Assembly: GCA_977016875.1 (NCBI GenBank) | Contig: CDRNST010000122.1 | Location: forward strand, 992,001-1,056,000 | Origin: Pavona decussata | Taxonomy: Eukaryota | DNA length: 64,000 nucleotides | Direction of reading: 5' to 3' | Part shown: positions 63,034-64,000 of the stretch, piece after piece | Position numbering within the stretch: position 1 is the first letter of the stretch | Layout of the letters: each line of letters begins with the position of its first letter | The notes under the pieces: generated by a model | What the model was told of the DNA's origin: nothing | Seen by the model: only the letters and a program-made list of their open reading frames with translations | The model's database searches: none | Made by a program: the position numbers and the translations under genes

Positions 63034-63489
63034 AAAAAGCAAAAATCGATAACAGCGAAAACATAATGCAATTTTGTCATAAATTTTTTCTTGAATTGAG
63101 TTTGTAAAAGATCGCAGGAAATTGAAAAATCAATTGAGGTCATCGCGGGCTAGTAACAACATGCCGCCGTAAAACCAGTTTCCCCAAACCTGATGACTTA
63201 AACGGAGAGCTAAGACATTTAACTTCAAAACTGGGCACAGTAATACGTGACAACTTTTAAATTCACTCATCCGATTGGTTCACTGGAACTCATGTTTATA
63301 AGATTCACAATTTTTGGCCACAAGCAGCGTTCGTTGGACCCGTTTTGTATTGGCGATTTTCGTTTGAACTTATTTAATGAAGGAAAACATGAAACCTGCG
63401 AGTATAGAGTTGGAAGTAAAAAAAAATGCAACACCCCTTACCTATGCACGGGTTTTCTTAAAATATAGCAAACTGAATTGTTATTAATC

Positions 63490-64000
63490 CTACTCTTTTT
63501 TCAAGTTCTCCCTCTTTACCGGAACATAACTCAGGGCAGCATTTGTGGGAATGTTACTATTAACATTTTTCCATTTATCCAAAGAAACAGGATACAGCTC
63601 CCCTGGTGGGATCCTAATGCCACTGTCAACTGGAAATCTGTTAATTATGAAATAAATCTTCCCCTCTATTTCCACTGCACCGAGGTTGTTTGCTGGAATA
63701 TGTTTTTGATCAACAACAGACCACTTGTTGTTTTCTTCATCATAAACTTCTACTGATGCAAATTTACCAGATGGCCTACCGTAATCTAAATCATAACGAA
63801 CATTACCCCCTACAACATGCAGTCTACCATTAACTGAAAAAAGGCTGGACCGAAAGTGGGGCTGGCAGGTTGATGCTTTTTCTACCCACAAATTCCTTGC
63901 AGGATCAAAACAATGTAGCACCGCACTGCTTTGGACGCCAGAAGAGGATACCCTACCATAAAGCACAAACACCTTTGAATGAAGTACTGTTGCCCCACTA
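63490..64000 (-). CDS. KLHL-like copy 9, 3' part of Kelch exon (continues beyond window; copy 2-like)
   Basis: Open frame nearly identical to the copy 2 C-terminus (SAVLHCFDP...VEVYDEENNKWSVVDQKHIPANNLGAVEIEG). Confidence 0.85.
   Translation of the reverse strand, partial: SGATVLHSKVFVLYGRVSSSGVQSSAVLHCFDPARNLWVEKASTCQPHFRSSLFSVNGRLHVVGGNVRYDLDYGRPSGKFASVEVYDEENNKWSVVDQKHIPANNLGAVEIEGKIYFIINRFPVDSGIRIPPGELYPVSLDKWKNVNSNIPTNAALSYVPVKRENLKKE

Larger units (their letters stand above)
59922..64000. repeat. Segmental duplicate of 4339-6812 (spacer plus copy 2-type Kelch exon) with extra TE insertions
   Basis: Collinear similarity, e.g. ATGTATAAGC..GAGAAGATAGGT, AGCGCTAGTCAAAAGTATCTCTACACAAAAAGGGCC, and the Kelch tail. 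Confidence 0.88.

Overview
AT-rich eukaryotic DNA. The repeat families look cnidarian, probably scleractinian coral (inference only). The window holds a minus-strand tandem array of two-exon BTB-BACK-Kelch (KLHL-like, putative CUL3 adaptor) genes. There are eight complete gene units, a ninth running off the right edge, and several small 3' relics. In every copy one phase-0 GT-AG intron separates the BTB-BACK exon from the Kelch exon. Only copy 2 (9191-6304) and copy 7 (50448-48006) are clearly intact. The rest carry stops, frameshifts, deletions or insertions, and the predicted substrate-binding Kelch loops are hypervariable. A tyrosine-recombinase retrotransposon with Ngaro/PAT-type split direct repeats (22915-27317) sits in copy 4. 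Its layout suggests gammaretrovirus-like expression: gag and pol are in one frame separated by a single TGA-C, and a phase-matched splice joins gag to the recombinase ORF. Also present are an inverted Penelope-like insertion with U3-A8 hammerhead ribozyme motifs, L2/LINE 3' ends, tRNA-derived SINEs, Kolobok- and Harbinger-type non-autonomous elements, a palindromic insertion read in frame within a BTB domain, a conserved tandem TNGCGTG promoter motif, and a 135-N assembly gap.
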